DNA of 32,000 bases from the NCBI RefSeq assembly GCF_024170405.1, contig NZ_JALJYC010000004.1, forward strand, positions 1 through 32,000, in the 5' to 3' direction. The stretch is from Neisseria perflava. GTDB taxonomy: Bacteria > Pseudomonadota > Gammaproteobacteria > Burkholderiales > Neisseriaceae. The notes below the pieces were generated by a model. It made no database searches and was not told the origin of the DNA. It saw only the letters and a list, made by a program, of their open reading frames with translations. This document shows positions 15,090 to 23,598 of the stretch, piece by piece. Every line of letters starts with the position of its first letter. Position 1 is the stretch's first letter. Both the position numbers and the translations under genes were made by a program.

Positions 15090-16253
15090 ATGCCGACTTC
15101 TCCTTCCTCTGCGCCCTTTATCTGCTGGATTTTTTGTAATGTTATCGACAATTACGGCGACATCGGCGTGTCTTGGCGCTTGGCGCGAGCCTTACAGCAC
15201 GAATTGGGTTGGCAGGTTTATCTGTGGCTGGACGATAGCGCCGCATTACAGGCCATCAGCCCTGATTTGCCTGCCCTACCCTGCGTTCATCAGGGTATTG
15301 CCGTGCGCCGTTGGCGGGCGGATTTTGCCGAAGATTTGCATGATTCGGGCACGCCGGACGTGGTTATCGAAACCTTCGCTTGCGATTTGCCGGATAATGT
15401 CTTGAATATTATCCGCCGCGTCAGCCCCTTATGGCTGAATTGGGAATACCTCAGCGCGGAGGCAGCCCATGAGCGCCTGCACCTAATGCCCTCGCTGCAA
15501 ACCGGTGGGGGGCAGAAATATTTTTGGTTTATGGGTTTCAGCGAAGCCAGCGGCGGCCTGCTGCGGGAAGCGGATTTTTTAGACGGCCTTAGCGACAACG
15601 ACCGCGCTACGCTATGCCAAACGCTGCAACTGCCGCCGAAAACCGCACCTGAATGGCTGCTGTTCGGCTACCGCAGCCCGATGTGGGGGCATTGGCTGCG
15701 CATGTGGCAGGAATACGGCCAGCCTGTTACCTTACTGCTGGCCGGACACCAAATCGCTGACAGCCTGCGCGATGACGGCCTGATTCCCGCAGATGCCTTG
15801 CTGCAAAACGGCGACCGTTTTCAGACGGCCTGTGTCACGCTGATAAAGATTCCGTTTGTGCCGCAACAGGATTTTGACAAGCTGCTGCAACTGGCCGACG
15901 GCTGCATTATTCGCGGCGAAGACAGCTTTGTTCGCGCCCAATTTGCTGCCAAACCGTTTTTCTGGCACATCTACCCGCAAGAGGAAAATGTGCATTTGGA
16001 CAAGCTGCATGCCTTTTGGCAGCGTGTGCAAGCCTTTTATCCGCCCGAACTGTTTGCCGCCCACCAAGCCTTATCGGATGATTTGAACGGCGGCCGACTT
16101 CTCTCCGACAAAGAGCGTTTGCAAGCCTGGACAGCGCTGATGAATCAACATGCCGAGTGGCGGCAGAGTGTGGCAGAATGGCAGAAATTTCTGTTTGCCC
16201 AGCCCTCCGCGTTGGAAAAACTAGCCAACTTTGTCGAAGATACGCTAAAATAG
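15090..16253 (+). CDS. earP: EF-P arginine rhamnosyltransferase EarP
   Basis: Contains [23 protein letters not shown], the hallmark N-terminus of EarP/DUF2331, and [12 protein letters not shown]-type blocks ([25 protein letters not shown]). It lies immediately upstream of efp. The start is uncertain (ATG 15090 versus TTG 15048). Confidence 0.9.
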   Translation: MPTSPSSAPFICWIFCNVIDNYGDIGVSWRLARALQHELGWQVYLWLDDSAALQAISPDLPALPCVHQGIAVRRWRADFAEDLHDSGTPDVVIETFACDLPDNVLNIIRRVSPLWLNWEYLSAEAAHERLHLMPSLQTGGGQKYFWFMGFSEASGGLLREADFLDGLSDNDRATLCQTLQLPPKTAPEWLLFGYRSPMWGHWLRMWQEYGQPVTLLLAGHQIADSLRDDGLIPADALLQNGDRFQTACVTLIKIPFVPQQDFDKLLQLADGCIIRGEDSFVRAQFAAKPFFWHIYPQEENVHLDKLHAFWQRVQAFYPPELFAAHQALSDDLNGGRLLSDKERLQAWTALMNQHAEWRQSVAEWQKFLFAQPSALEKLANFVEDTLK

Positions 16254-16288
16254 CGCGTTATTTTTCACAGATTCAAATGGACCAGAAT

Positions 16289-16849
16289 ATGAAAACAGCA
16301 CAAGAACTGCGCGCCGGCAACGTATTTATGATTGGCAGCGACCCGATGGTCGTACAAAAAACCGAATACATCAAAGGCGGCCGCAGCTCTGCCAAAGTCA
16401 GCATGAAACTGAAAAACCTGCTGACCGGCGCAGCCAGCGAAACCATCGTAAAAGCCGACGACAAATTCGACGTGGTGATTTTGGCGCGTAAAAACTGTAC
16501 TTACAGCTATTTCGCCGATCCGATGTACGTCTTCATGGATGAAGAGTTCAACCAATACGAAATCGAAGCCGAAAACATCGGCGACGCCCTGAAATTCATC
16601 GTGGACGGTATGGAAGACGTTTGCGAAGTGACTTTCTACGAAGGCAACCCGATTTCTGTCGAACTGCCGACCATCATCGTGCGCGAAGTGGAATACACCG
16701 AGCCTGCGGTTAAAGGCGATACTTCCGGCAAAGTGATGAAAACTGCCCGTTTGGTCGGTGGCGCGGAAATCCAAGTAATGGCTTATGTGGAAACCGGCGA
16801 CAAAATCGAAATCGACACCCGTACCGGCGAATTCCGCAAACGCGCTTAA
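16289..16849 (+). CDS. efp: Translation elongation factor P (Arg32 / EarP-type)
   Basis: Starts [14 protein letters not shown]...[24 protein letters not shown], with an Arg in the modification loop. The C-terminus is ...[12 protein letters not shown]. The ORF-track extension 16157-16288 overlaps the end of earP and is not coding. Confidence 0.97.
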   Translation: MKTAQELRAGNVFMIGSDPMVVQKTEYIKGGRSSAKVSMKLKNLLTGAASETIVKADDKFDVVILARKNCTYSYFADPMYVFMDEEFNQYEIEAENIGDALKFIVDGMEDVCEVTFYEGNPISVELPTIIVREVEYTEPAVKGDTSGKVMKTARLVGGAEIQVMAYVETGDKIEIDTRTGEFRKRA

Positions 16850-16874
16850 TCGTTTGATTTTAACGATTTAAAAA

Positions 16875-16913
16875 CAAGGCAGTCTGAAAATTTTATATTT
16901 TCAGACGGCCTTG
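16875..16913 (+). terminator. Imperfect inverted DUS hairpin after efp
   Basis: The sequence is CAAGGCaGTCTGAAAA-(loop)-TTTTCAGACGGCCTTG, with one mismatch in the left DUS. Confidence 0.6.
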
Positions 16914-16986
16914 CTGTATGTAAGAATCACTAAAACAGTCTAATTACGGGTTCATGGCTAATAACCTTTGAAATGCATACAAGTAT

Positions 16987-17044
16987 CAGGTGGCTGAGCG
17001 TAGTCGAAGCCTCAAGCAGGGCTTCGACTACGCTCAGCCACCTG
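16987..17044. repeat. 58-nt perfect palindrome (25-bp stem, 8-nt loop)
   Basis: CAGGTGGCTGAGCGTAGTCGAAGCC-tcaagcag-GGCTTCGACTACGCTCAGCCACCTG. It lies 33 nt beyond the rpe stop and may act as the rpe terminator. Confidence 0.85.
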
Positions 17045-17076
17045 TATGTAAAATACAATTTCTCAGCTATATCTGC

Positions 17077-17754
17077 CTACACTTTTGCCAATTCCTGCCG
17101 CATGGCGTCAATCACCGCTTTGTAGTCCGGCTGGTTGAAAATTGCCGAACCTGCCACAAACGTATCCGCGCCTGCCGCTGCAACCGCAGCGATGTTGTCG
17201 GTTTTGATGCCGCCGTCCACTTCTAAGGCAATGCGGCGGCCGCTTTTGGCTTCATATTCGTCTAACAGCGCTCGCACCCGGCGGATTTTTTCCAGCGTAT
17301 GCGCAATAAAGCTCTGCCCGCCGAATCCCGGGTTCACCGACATCAAAAGCACCATGTCCAAACGGTTGAGCACGTTTTCCAATACGCTGACCGAAGTGGC
17401 CGGATTGAGTACCAAACCAGCCTGACAGCCTGCGTCTTTAATCAGGCTCAAGCTGCGGTCAACATGGCGGCTGGCTTCGGGATGGAACGTGATGATGTCA
17501 GTTCCCGCTTTGGCAAAAGCCTGAATCAAATCGTCCACCGGCTCCACCATCAAATGCACATCCACCGGCACGCTCGCATACGGTTTCACCGCCGCGCAGA
17601 CCATCGGCCCGAAGGTCAGATTGGGTACATAATGGTTGTCCATCACATCAAAATGAATCAAATCGGCGCCGGCGGCAATCACCGCGCTGACCTCTTCGCC
17701 CAAGCGGGCGCAGTCAGCGGATAAGATACTGGGCGCAATGCGGTAAGTGGTCAT
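17077..17754 (-). CDS. rpe: Ribulose-phosphate 3-epimerase
   Basis: Contains [54 protein letters not shown] and EVDGGI. The ATG at 17754 gives the canonical N-terminus [11 protein letters not shown]. Confidence 0.95.
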   Translation of the reverse strand: MTTYRIAPSILSADCARLGEEVSAVIAAGADLIHFDVMDNHYVPNLTFGPMVCAAVKPYASVPVDVHLMVEPVDDLIQAFAKAGTDIITFHPEASRHVDRSLSLIKDAGCQAGLVLNPATSVSVLENVLNRLDMVLLMSVNPGFGGQSFIAHTLEKIRRVRALLDEYEAKSGRRIALEVDGGIKTDNIAAVAAAGADTFVAGSAIFNQPDYKAVIDAMRQELAKV

Positions 17755-18042
17755 TGAAAATCTCTCCGTGTGGTATGGGTATGGTTTGCGTGGCAAGCGG
17801 ATTATTTTAACCTAAATTGCCACACTTCGGCGGAATATGAATGGATAATCTGCTGTTGCCTGTCTGAGCATTTATGAAGGAAATGGTGTAAATCATGATA
17901 GTAACCATATGAAACATAAGCGGTCATTCAATCAAAATAATATGCAATTTGAAAGTAATTAACAGAAGTTAACTTGCCTGATACTGCCTTTCACATGCTT
18001 ATCCGTTATATTGTACTACCGTGCCGAAGACTAGGAATCGTT

Positions 18043-18474
18043 GTGTCTGCCGTATTAAAATCGCCGTTTTTTATCCAACTGCTGATCGCCTTGCCGCTGC
18101 TGCTCTCTTGGTGCGGGCTGACCCAGGCAGCGCCCCGCCCTCAGTTGGATGATTTTTACCCAAACTGCGACATCCGCCAGCTAAATTTGAGTCAAGACCA
18201 GCACAATGCCTTGCGCCGTATCCGTACAGAATACAAGCAGGCCAGCGACCGGGCTTCGCGCAAGACCCAGCGTACCGACCGTACCCGCCGCCAAAGCATC
18301 ATTAAAATTTTGGCAAACGACAGCTTCGATCAGAATGCCGCACGGGATTATGTCGAGAGCCGCTATTTGTCCAGCATGGATTTTGCCGTTGAGGAATTGG
18401 CCATCCAACACCGCTTTTATCATATTCTCAACGGTTCCCAGCGTCAGCAGTGGCTGTCCAACTGCTTGCGCTAA
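18043..18474 (+). CDS. Periplasmic Spy/CpxP/ZraP-family (LTXXQ-motif) protein
   Basis: The GTG at 18043 has an AGGAA SD 6 nt upstream and yields the signal peptide MSAVLKSPFFIQLLIALPLLLSWCGLTQA|AP. Two LTXXQ-like motifs are present (LNLSQDQHNAL and ILNGSQRQQWL). The alternative start is an ATG at 17995. Confidence 0.7.
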   Translation: MSAVLKSPFFIQLLIALPLLLSWCGLTQAAPRPQLDDFYPNCDIRQLNLSQDQHNALRRIRTEYKQASDRASRKTQRTDRTRRQSIIKILANDSFDQNAARDYVESRYLSSMDFAVEELAIQHRFYHILNGSQRQQWLSNCLR

Positions 18475-18489
18475 ACGGTATCGGATAAT

Positions 18490-18523
18490 AAAAAAAGCAC
18501 TTCTTTATGGAAGTGCTTTTTTT
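18490..18523. terminator. Rho-independent terminator (A-tract / stem / T-tract, bidirectional design)
   Basis: The sequence is AAAAAAGCACTTC-tttatg-GAAGTGCTTTTTTT. Confidence 0.8.
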
Positions 18524-18556
18524 ATTATGGCAGCCAAGGCCGTCTGAATTATCCCG

Positions 18557-19423
18557 TTAATCCAAAATCCGCTGCTCCGGCAGATGCCCTGCCCAATCGC
18601 AGGCAAACTGCCAAGCCGAACGACCGGAACGGTTGCCGCGCATTTGCGCCCACTGCAAAGCAGCTTTACGCGCCGTATCGTCAAATTCAACGCCGAAATC
18701 ATCCAGCCAGTTGTTCACAGCCTGTAAATAATCGTTTTGGTCGAAAGGATAGAAACTCAGCCACAAGCCGAAACGGTCGGACAACGAGATTTTCTCTTCA
18801 ACGGCTTCTTTTTGATGGATTTCGCCGCGAATGCCCGTTGTGCCTGCATTTTCATCCATGTATTCCGGCATGAGGTGGCGGCGGTTGGAGGTCGCATAGA
18901 CCAAGACGTTGGCGCATCGTTGCGACAAACCGCCGTCTAATGTGGTTTTCAAGGCTTTATAAGTTTCATCGCCCGTTTCAAAAGACAAATCATCGCAAAA
19001 TACGATGAATTTCTCCGGACGGTTTTCCAATAATGACAGCAGCGAAGGCAGGCTGACCAAATCCGTTTTGTCCACCTCAATCAGGCGCAAACCCTGATCT
19101 GCATATTCGTGCAACAAGGCTTTCACCAAAGAGGATTTGCCGGTACCCCGCGAACCGCTCATCAACACATTATTCGCCGGACGTCCGGCCAGAAACTGCT
19201 CGGTATTGCGTTTGAGCCGCTCGACCTGCGAGCCGACTCCGGCCAGTCTATCGATGGGAAACGTATGCGGGTTGGGCAGGCTTTCCAAAATCCCCCGCCG
19301 ACCAACGCTTTGCCAACGGTAAGCCAGCGCGTTCCAATCGGTTGCGCCCTGCTCGCCCGGCAGCAGCAAATCCAAGCGGTTTAAGACCGAATTTGCTTTT
19401 TTTAAAAATTTTCCTAATTTCAT
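18557..19423 (-). CDS. DUF815-family AAA-type ATP-binding protein
   Basis: Has Walker A MSGSRGTGKSSLVKALL and Walker B-like FIVFCDDLSFE, plus YATSNRRHLMPE. 288 aa. It begins 26 nt downstream of ribE on the same strand. Confidence 0.85.
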   Translation of the reverse strand: MKLGKFLKKANSVLNRLDLLLPGEQGATDWNALAYRWQSVGRRGILESLPNPHTFPIDRLAGVGSQVERLKRNTEQFLAGRPANNVLMSGSRGTGKSSLVKALLHEYADQGLRLIEVDKTDLVSLPSLLSLLENRPEKFIVFCDDLSFETGDETYKALKTTLDGGLSQRCANVLVYATSNRRHLMPEYMDENAGTTGIRGEIHQKEAVEEKISLSDRFGLWLSFYPFDQNDYLQAVNNWLDDFGVEFDDTARKAALQWAQMRGNRSGRSAWQFACDWAGHLPEQRILD

Positions 19424-19449
19424 GCTTATCCTTTCAGACGGCCTGACCG

Positions 19450-20061
19450 TTATTTTTGAGCCGCCATCAAGCGCATTACCGTATCTACAACCGCTTGCGT
19501 TTGCGGATCGATTTCGATGTTGACTTCGTCACCGGCCTTGCGGCTGCCGAACAGTGTCCGCTGCAAGGTTTCCGGAATCAAATGCACATTAAATTCGGTA
19601 TCGGTCACTTCGCCGATGGTCAGGCTGCAACCGTCCAAACCGACAAAGCCTTTGGTCAGAATATACGGCTTAAGCTCGGCAGGCAAAGCAAACCATACCG
19701 TGCGGTTGAATTCGCTCTCTTCAATCCGGGTAATCGCAGTCACCGCCATGATGTGCCCGCTCATCAAATGGCCGCCGATTTCATCGCCGATTTTGGCCGC
19801 GCGCTCCAAATTAACTGAATCACCGGCTTTCAGACGGCCTAGATTGGTTTTTGCCAGCGTTTTCGCCATCAGATCGAAGCTGACGCGGTTGCCGTCAATC
19901 CGGGTAATGGTCAGGCAGCAGCCGTTGTTGGCAACCGAAGCGCCGATTTGCAAGTCATCAGCCATCTCGCTAGGCAGTTCGACAATATGGGTACGAAAAT
20001 CAGATGATGGCGATTCTACGGCTGTAATGCGCCCCATCCCTTGTACGATACCGGTAAACAT
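19450..20061 (-). CDS. ribE: Riboflavin synthase (alpha chain)
   Basis: Starts [10 protein letters not shown] and shows a duplicated lumazine-binding barrel ([13 protein letters not shown] / [15 protein letters not shown]). 203 aa. Confidence 0.95.
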   Translation of the reverse strand: MFTGIVQGMGRITAVESPSSDFRTHIVELPSEMADDLQIGASVANNGCCLTITRIDGNRVSFDLMAKTLAKTNLGRLKAGDSVNLERAAKIGDEIGGHLMSGHIMAVTAITRIEESEFNRTVWFALPAELKPYILTKGFVGLDGCSLTIGEVTDTEFNVHLIPETLQRTLFGSRKAGDEVNIEIDPQTQAVVDTVMRLMAAQK

Positions 20062-20173
20062 GATTTTTTCCTGTCATCACATATATATCTAGAATGCGGG
20101 TATTGTAACACTTTCTATCAAAAGGCAGAAAAGCGCTTCTAAATCGGGTAGAATGACTACACTCCGCTACAAA

Positions 20174-20247
20174 TATAGTCGTTTCGTTAATTTGAAACAA
20201 GGCAGCAAGCCGCAGCAACGCTGTATCAAGCTAACGGGACGGCTATA
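20174..20247. mobile_element. 74-bp Correia-like miniature inverted-repeat element
   Basis: The terminal inverted repeats are TATAGTCGTTTCGTTAATTTGAAAC (20174-20198) and the reverse complement of 20223-20247, TATAGCCGTCCCGTTAGCTTGATAC; they match at 19/25. The TATAGT ends and the core AAGGCAGCAAGCCGCAGCAACGCTGTA resemble the Correia TATAGTGGATTAA...CAAGGCGACGAAGCCGCAGACAGTACA, as I recall that sequence. Confidence 0.5.
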
Positions 20248-20315
20248 TTAAATAAATCTATTGAAAAAGAGCAATAGATTCAATAAAATCATGCCACATA
20301 TCGAAAGAAAAAATC

Positions 20316-20807
20316 ATGGAACAACGACACCACCATCTCCCCTCACACGAGCTCGTCATGTCCGAATTGATGATGCCCACCAATTCCAATTTCAGCGGCA
20401 ATGTTCACGGCGGCGAACTGCTGCGGCGTCTCGATCAGGTCGCTTATGCCTGCGCCAGCAGTTACAGCGGGCATTACTGCGTAACCCTTTCCGTTGATAA
20501 AGTCTTGTTTAAAGAGCCAGTTCACATTGGGGAATTGGTCACTTTTTACGCCTGCGTCAATTACACCGGCCGCACCTCAATGGAAATCGGTATCCGCGTC
20601 GAAGCCAAAAACATCCGTACCGGCGAAGTGCGCCATACCAACAGCTGCTACTTTACGATGGTCGCCATCGACAACGGCAAGCCGGTGCCCGTGCCGCCGC
20701 TGGAAATCAAAAACGAACGCCAGCGCTGCCGCTATGAAAAAGCCAAGCAACGCCGTGCGGCCGGTTTGCAAAATCAAAACCCCTGCTCTGAAACGCCAAA
20801 AGCGTAG
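20316..20807 (+). CDS. yciA: Acyl-CoA thioesterase, hotdog fold (YciA-like)
   Basis: HELVMSELMMPTNSNFSGNVHGGELL aligns with E. coli YciA DLVLRTLAMPADTNANGDIFGGWLM. There is also a later SMEIGIRVEA hotdog strand. Confidence 0.8.
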   Translation: MEQRHHHLPSHELVMSELMMPTNSNFSGNVHGGELLRRLDQVAYACASSYSGHYCVTLSVDKVLFKEPVHIGELVTFYACVNYTGRTSMEIGIRVEAKNIRTGEVRHTNSCYFTMVAIDNGKPVPVPPLEIKNERQRCRYEKAKQRRAAGLQNQNPCSETPKA

Positions 20808-20825
20808 CAGCAGTCAAATTAACAA

Positions 20826-20851
20826 AGGCCGTCTGAATTTTCAGACGGCCT
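20826..20851. terminator. Inverted DUS pair hairpin between convergent yciA-like gene and radA
   Basis: The sequence is AGGCCGTCTGAA-tt-TTCAGACGGCCT. Confidence 0.6.
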
Positions 20852-20855
20852 GATT

Positions 20856-22235
20856 TCAATTATCTACATTACGGCAAACATCAATCGCCTCTTGCAAACT
20901 GGCGACCCCGAAAATCTCCAAACCTGGAAATTCGTTGCGATGGCGCGGTAAATTAGCTTTGGGCACGATGGCGCGTTTGAAGCCGAGTTTTTCCGCTTCT
21001 TTCAAGCGCTCCTGCCCACGCGCCACGGGGCGCACTTCGCCGCTCAAACCGATTTCGCCAAAAGCCACCATTTTTTCCGGCAGCGGGCGGTTGCGGAAGC
21101 TGGACAACATCGCCAGAATCACCGCCAAATCCGCCGCCGGTTCGCCGATTTTGACCCCGCCGACGGCGTTTAAAAACACATCCTGATCGAAGCAGGCAAT
21201 GCCGCCATGCCGGTTTAACACCGCCAGCAGCATGGCAAGGCGGTTTTGCTCGAGGCCGACGGTCAGGCGTTTGGGCGTAAAGCCGTGCGCATCATCCACC
21301 AACGCCTGAATTTCCACCAACAGCGGGCGCGAACCTTCTTGCGTAACGAGTACGCACGAGCCGGGCACGTCATCGCGGTAGCTGGCGAGAAAAATCGCCG
21401 ACGGATTGGACACACCTTTCAAGCCGGCTTCGGTCATGGCAAATACGCCTAACTCGTTGGCTGCGCCGAAACGGTTTTTAATCGCGCGTATCATGCGGTA
21501 GTTGGAATGCTGATCGCCCTCGAAATACAAAACGGTATCCACCATATGCTCCAGCACGCGCGGGCCGGCGATGGCGCCATCTTTGGTCACATGCCCCACC
21601 AAAATCATGGAAATACCCATCTGCTTGGCCATGCGCGTCAGTTGCGCCGCGCATTCGCGCACCTGCGATACCGAGCCGGGCGCAGACGTGATTTGATCGG
21701 AATACATGGTTTGAATCGAGTCGATAACCACTACTTGCGGTTCGTGCTGCTTCAATGCCGTCTGAATCGCCTCCATGCGGATTTCCGCCAGAAGGTTCAC
21801 GCCTTCCGTGGGCAGGTCCAACCGCTGCGCACGCAAGGCCACCTGTTGCGCCGACTCCTCGCCCGATACATACAATACCTTGCGCGTTTGCGCCATTTTC
21901 GCAATGGTTTGCAGCAGCAGCGTGGATTTACCGATGCCGGGATCGCCGCCGAGCAAAATCACCGCACCGTCCACCAGCCCGCCGCCCAGCACGCGGTCGA
22001 GTTCGCCCATGCCGGTCGGATTGCGCGGCACTTCGGCAGCGGTGACTTTTGCGAGCGACTGCACTTGCGAGGTATCCGCCGCCCACGATTGGAAACGCGC
22101 GTTTTTCGGCTCAGGAGCGGCAAGGCTCTCCTGCAAGGTGTTCCATTCGCCGCAATGCGGACATTTGCCCTGCCATTTCGGGGCGGTGCCGCCGCATTCG
22201 GTGCATTGGTAGAGGGTTTTCGGGGCTTTGGCCAT
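20856..22235 (-). CDS. radA: DNA repair protein RadA/Sms
   Basis: Has an N-terminal Zn finger YQCTECGGTAPKWQGKCPHCGEWNT, Walker A GGDPGIGKSTLLLQ and the KNRFG motif (AIKNRFGAANE). A Lon-like C-terminal domain is present. 459 aa. Confidence 0.97.
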   Translation of the reverse strand: MAKAPKTLYQCTECGGTAPKWQGKCPHCGEWNTLQESLAAPEPKNARFQSWAADTSQVQSLAKVTAAEVPRNPTGMGELDRVLGGGLVDGAVILLGGDPGIGKSTLLLQTIAKMAQTRKVLYVSGEESAQQVALRAQRLDLPTEGVNLLAEIRMEAIQTALKQHEPQVVVIDSIQTMYSDQITSAPGSVSQVRECAAQLTRMAKQMGISMILVGHVTKDGAIAGPRVLEHMVDTVLYFEGDQHSNYRMIRAIKNRFGAANELGVFAMTEAGLKGVSNPSAIFLASYRDDVPGSCVLVTQEGSRPLLVEIQALVDDAHGFTPKRLTVGLEQNRLAMLLAVLNRHGGIACFDQDVFLNAVGGVKIGEPAADLAVILAMLSSFRNRPLPEKMVAFGEIGLSGEVRPVARGQERLKEAEKLGFKRAIVPKANLPRHRNEFPGLEIFGVASLQEAIDVCRNVDN

Positions 22236-22280
22236 TGGGTTTTCCGATAGGGTTTTTCTGTAAGCAGGCTATTATACGGC

Positions 22281-22315
22281 AAAGGCCGTCTGAAAAATAT
22301 TTTCAGACGGCCTTT
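22281..22315 (-). terminator. Inverted DUS pair hairpin between the XRE gene and radA
   Basis: The sequence is AAAGGCCGTCTGAAAAA-tat-TTTTCAGACGGCCTTT. Confidence 0.6.
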
Positions 22316-22348
22316 GCTTATTCTGTTTTTAATCTTTCCACCATCATT

Positions 22349-22669
22349 TCAACCATGCGAATCATCAGCATTCTGTCTTCCGCATCCAGCGATTGAAATC
22401 AGCGAATCGACATAACCGCTTTGGTCTTGCGTTCGTGGGCTGCTTTCTCCGAGTAAATCGGAAGCGGAACAATTGAAAATCTCCGCCAACTCGATCAGTC
22501 GCATGACATTGGGCATGATAATTCCGCGTTCGATACGGGAGATGGTTTCATTACCTATTTCTAATTTTTCTGCAATTTGCTCTTGAGTAAAGCCACTTTT
22601 CTGCCGTTGTCGGGCAATCGCTTTGCCGATGGCCTTATTGATGTCTTGGGTTTTTAAATGATTCGTCAT
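22349..22669 (-). CDS. XRE-family helix-turn-helix transcriptional regulator (C-terminus probably frameshifted)
   Basis: The HTH is FTQEQIAEKLEIGNETISRIERGIIMPNVMRLIELAEIF. The ATG at 22669 has a GGAG SD 6 nt upstream. A +1 frame continues from about 22398 to TAA at 22318-22320, encoding LDAEDRMLMIRMVEMMVERLKTE*. That ends right at the DUS terminator, which suggests a 1-nt indel. Confidence 0.8.
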   Translation of the reverse strand: MTNHLKTQDINKAIGKAIARQRQKSGFTQEQIAEKLEIGNETISRIERGIIMPNVMRLIELAEIFNCSASDLLGESSPRTQDQSGYVDSLISIAGCGRQNADDSHG

Positions 22670-22722
22670 AGCTCGCTCCATAAACTGCATGGTCGGCTAC
22701 TTACTTATTTTGATTAAGGACT

Positions 22723-22754
22723 TTTAAATACGATAATTAGTCATTTAAATACGA
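22723..22754. promoter_or_regulatory. Two perfect 11-bp direct repeats (TTTAAATACGA) 21 bp apart; candidate operator in the XRE/GT25 divergent region
   Basis: The copies are at 22723-22733 and 22744-22754, a spacing of two helical turns, between the divergent starts at 22669 and 22785. Confidence 0.45.
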
Positions 22755-22784
22755 ATTTAAATATTATTAGGCGTGAAAAGTCTT

Positions 22785-23491
22785 ATGATTAAAACATATG
22801 TGATTACCTTGTCAACAGAGCAGGCGCGCAATCGACATATCTGGGCAGAGTGCGATAAATGCGGGTTAAATCCTTTGCTTCTTGAAGCAGTAGATTTGAG
22901 ACAGAAGTGAGGCAACTATCGGCATTGCCTTCACATAAACCAAAGAGGAAGCGGCGATGGCTTTCTAAAGGAGAGGTTGGGTGTGCATTAAGCCATCAAA
23001 TGGCATATCAGCATATTTATAACAGTAATGAAAAATATGCTTTGATTTTGGAAGATGATGCGGAATTTATTGCCTCTCCCTTAGAAATTCTTGATGAGAC
23101 TGTGTTGGATAGTATATTGATACAATATGAATTTGATGTATTGCTGATTGGTTATGTGAAAAAGAAACAACAGGAGCTGAAAGATTATTTTGATTGTGTC
23201 CCGATTAAAAAACGAGCAGAAATTACTTTATCCGATAGCAAATTGCAGTTTGGTACTCCGTGGGCTCAATACGCTTCGGGAACAGTCGCATATATCGTGA
23301 CAAAGAGAGGCGCTGAAAAACTCATGGCTGCGAATGCAGTACCTTGTGTGACGGCTGACGATTATCTGTATTTTGAGCAATTTTACGGTGTTCGCGTATT
23401 GCATTATCGTCCGACTTTTGTTTTGGAATCAGATGATTTTAAAAGTACGTTAGGTAATGATAGGATTAAGAAGAAAAAATTTGGTCATTGA
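22785..23491 (+). pseudogene. Glycosyltransferase family 25 (LgtB/Lic2B-like LOS glycosyltransferase), frameshifted
   Basis: Frame A (22785-22910) encodes MIKTYVITLSTEQARNRHIWAECDKCGLNPLLLEAVDLRQK*, the typical GT25 N-terminus. Frame B is open from 22886 and continues ...LSKGEVGCALSHQMAY...YALILEDDAEF (GT25 core) to 23491. The shift lies within 22886-22910, and there is no homopolymer or repeat tract there. Confidence 0.75.
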
Positions 23492-23557
23492 TTTGTCCGC
23501 ATAGTAAAAGGTCGGCTGAAAAATTTTGCAATGAATTATGTAGGATTAAAATAGCAA

Positions 23558-23584
23558 ATGCCGTCTGAAATTTTCAGACGGCAT
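23558..23584. terminator. Inverted DUS pair hairpin downstream of ctpA / GT25 remnant
   Basis: The sequence is ATGCCGTCTGAAATTTTCAGACGGCAT. Confidence 0.65.
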
Positions 23585-23598
23585 TTTATCGGGTGTAA

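Noticed and set aside
15507-15512. A G6 homopolymer inside earP, considered as a phase-variation tract
   Set aside because: It is too short for efficient slipped-strand switching (neisserial contingency tracts are usually 8 or more). It encodes conserved-looking TGGGQ, and the gene is in frame.
20062-20315. A possible FMN (RFN) riboswitch upstream of ribE
   Set aside because: I found no RFN-like conserved core (GGGCGGGG...CCCACCGGCGG-type helices) on the minus strand. The region is instead occupied by the Correia-like mini-element and a short AATCTATTG/CAATAGATT hairpin.
21507-22250. Several long plus-strand ORFs (247, 145 and 96 aa) over radA
   Set aside because: They are antisense shadow ORFs in a GC-rich gene, and radA motifs are definitive on the minus strand. 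The same logic applies to 24394-25077 (over ctpA), 16265-16774 (over efp), 13112-13510 (over cca), 5436-5993 and 4875-5342 (over gss), and 7243-7734 (over the TonB-dependent receptor).
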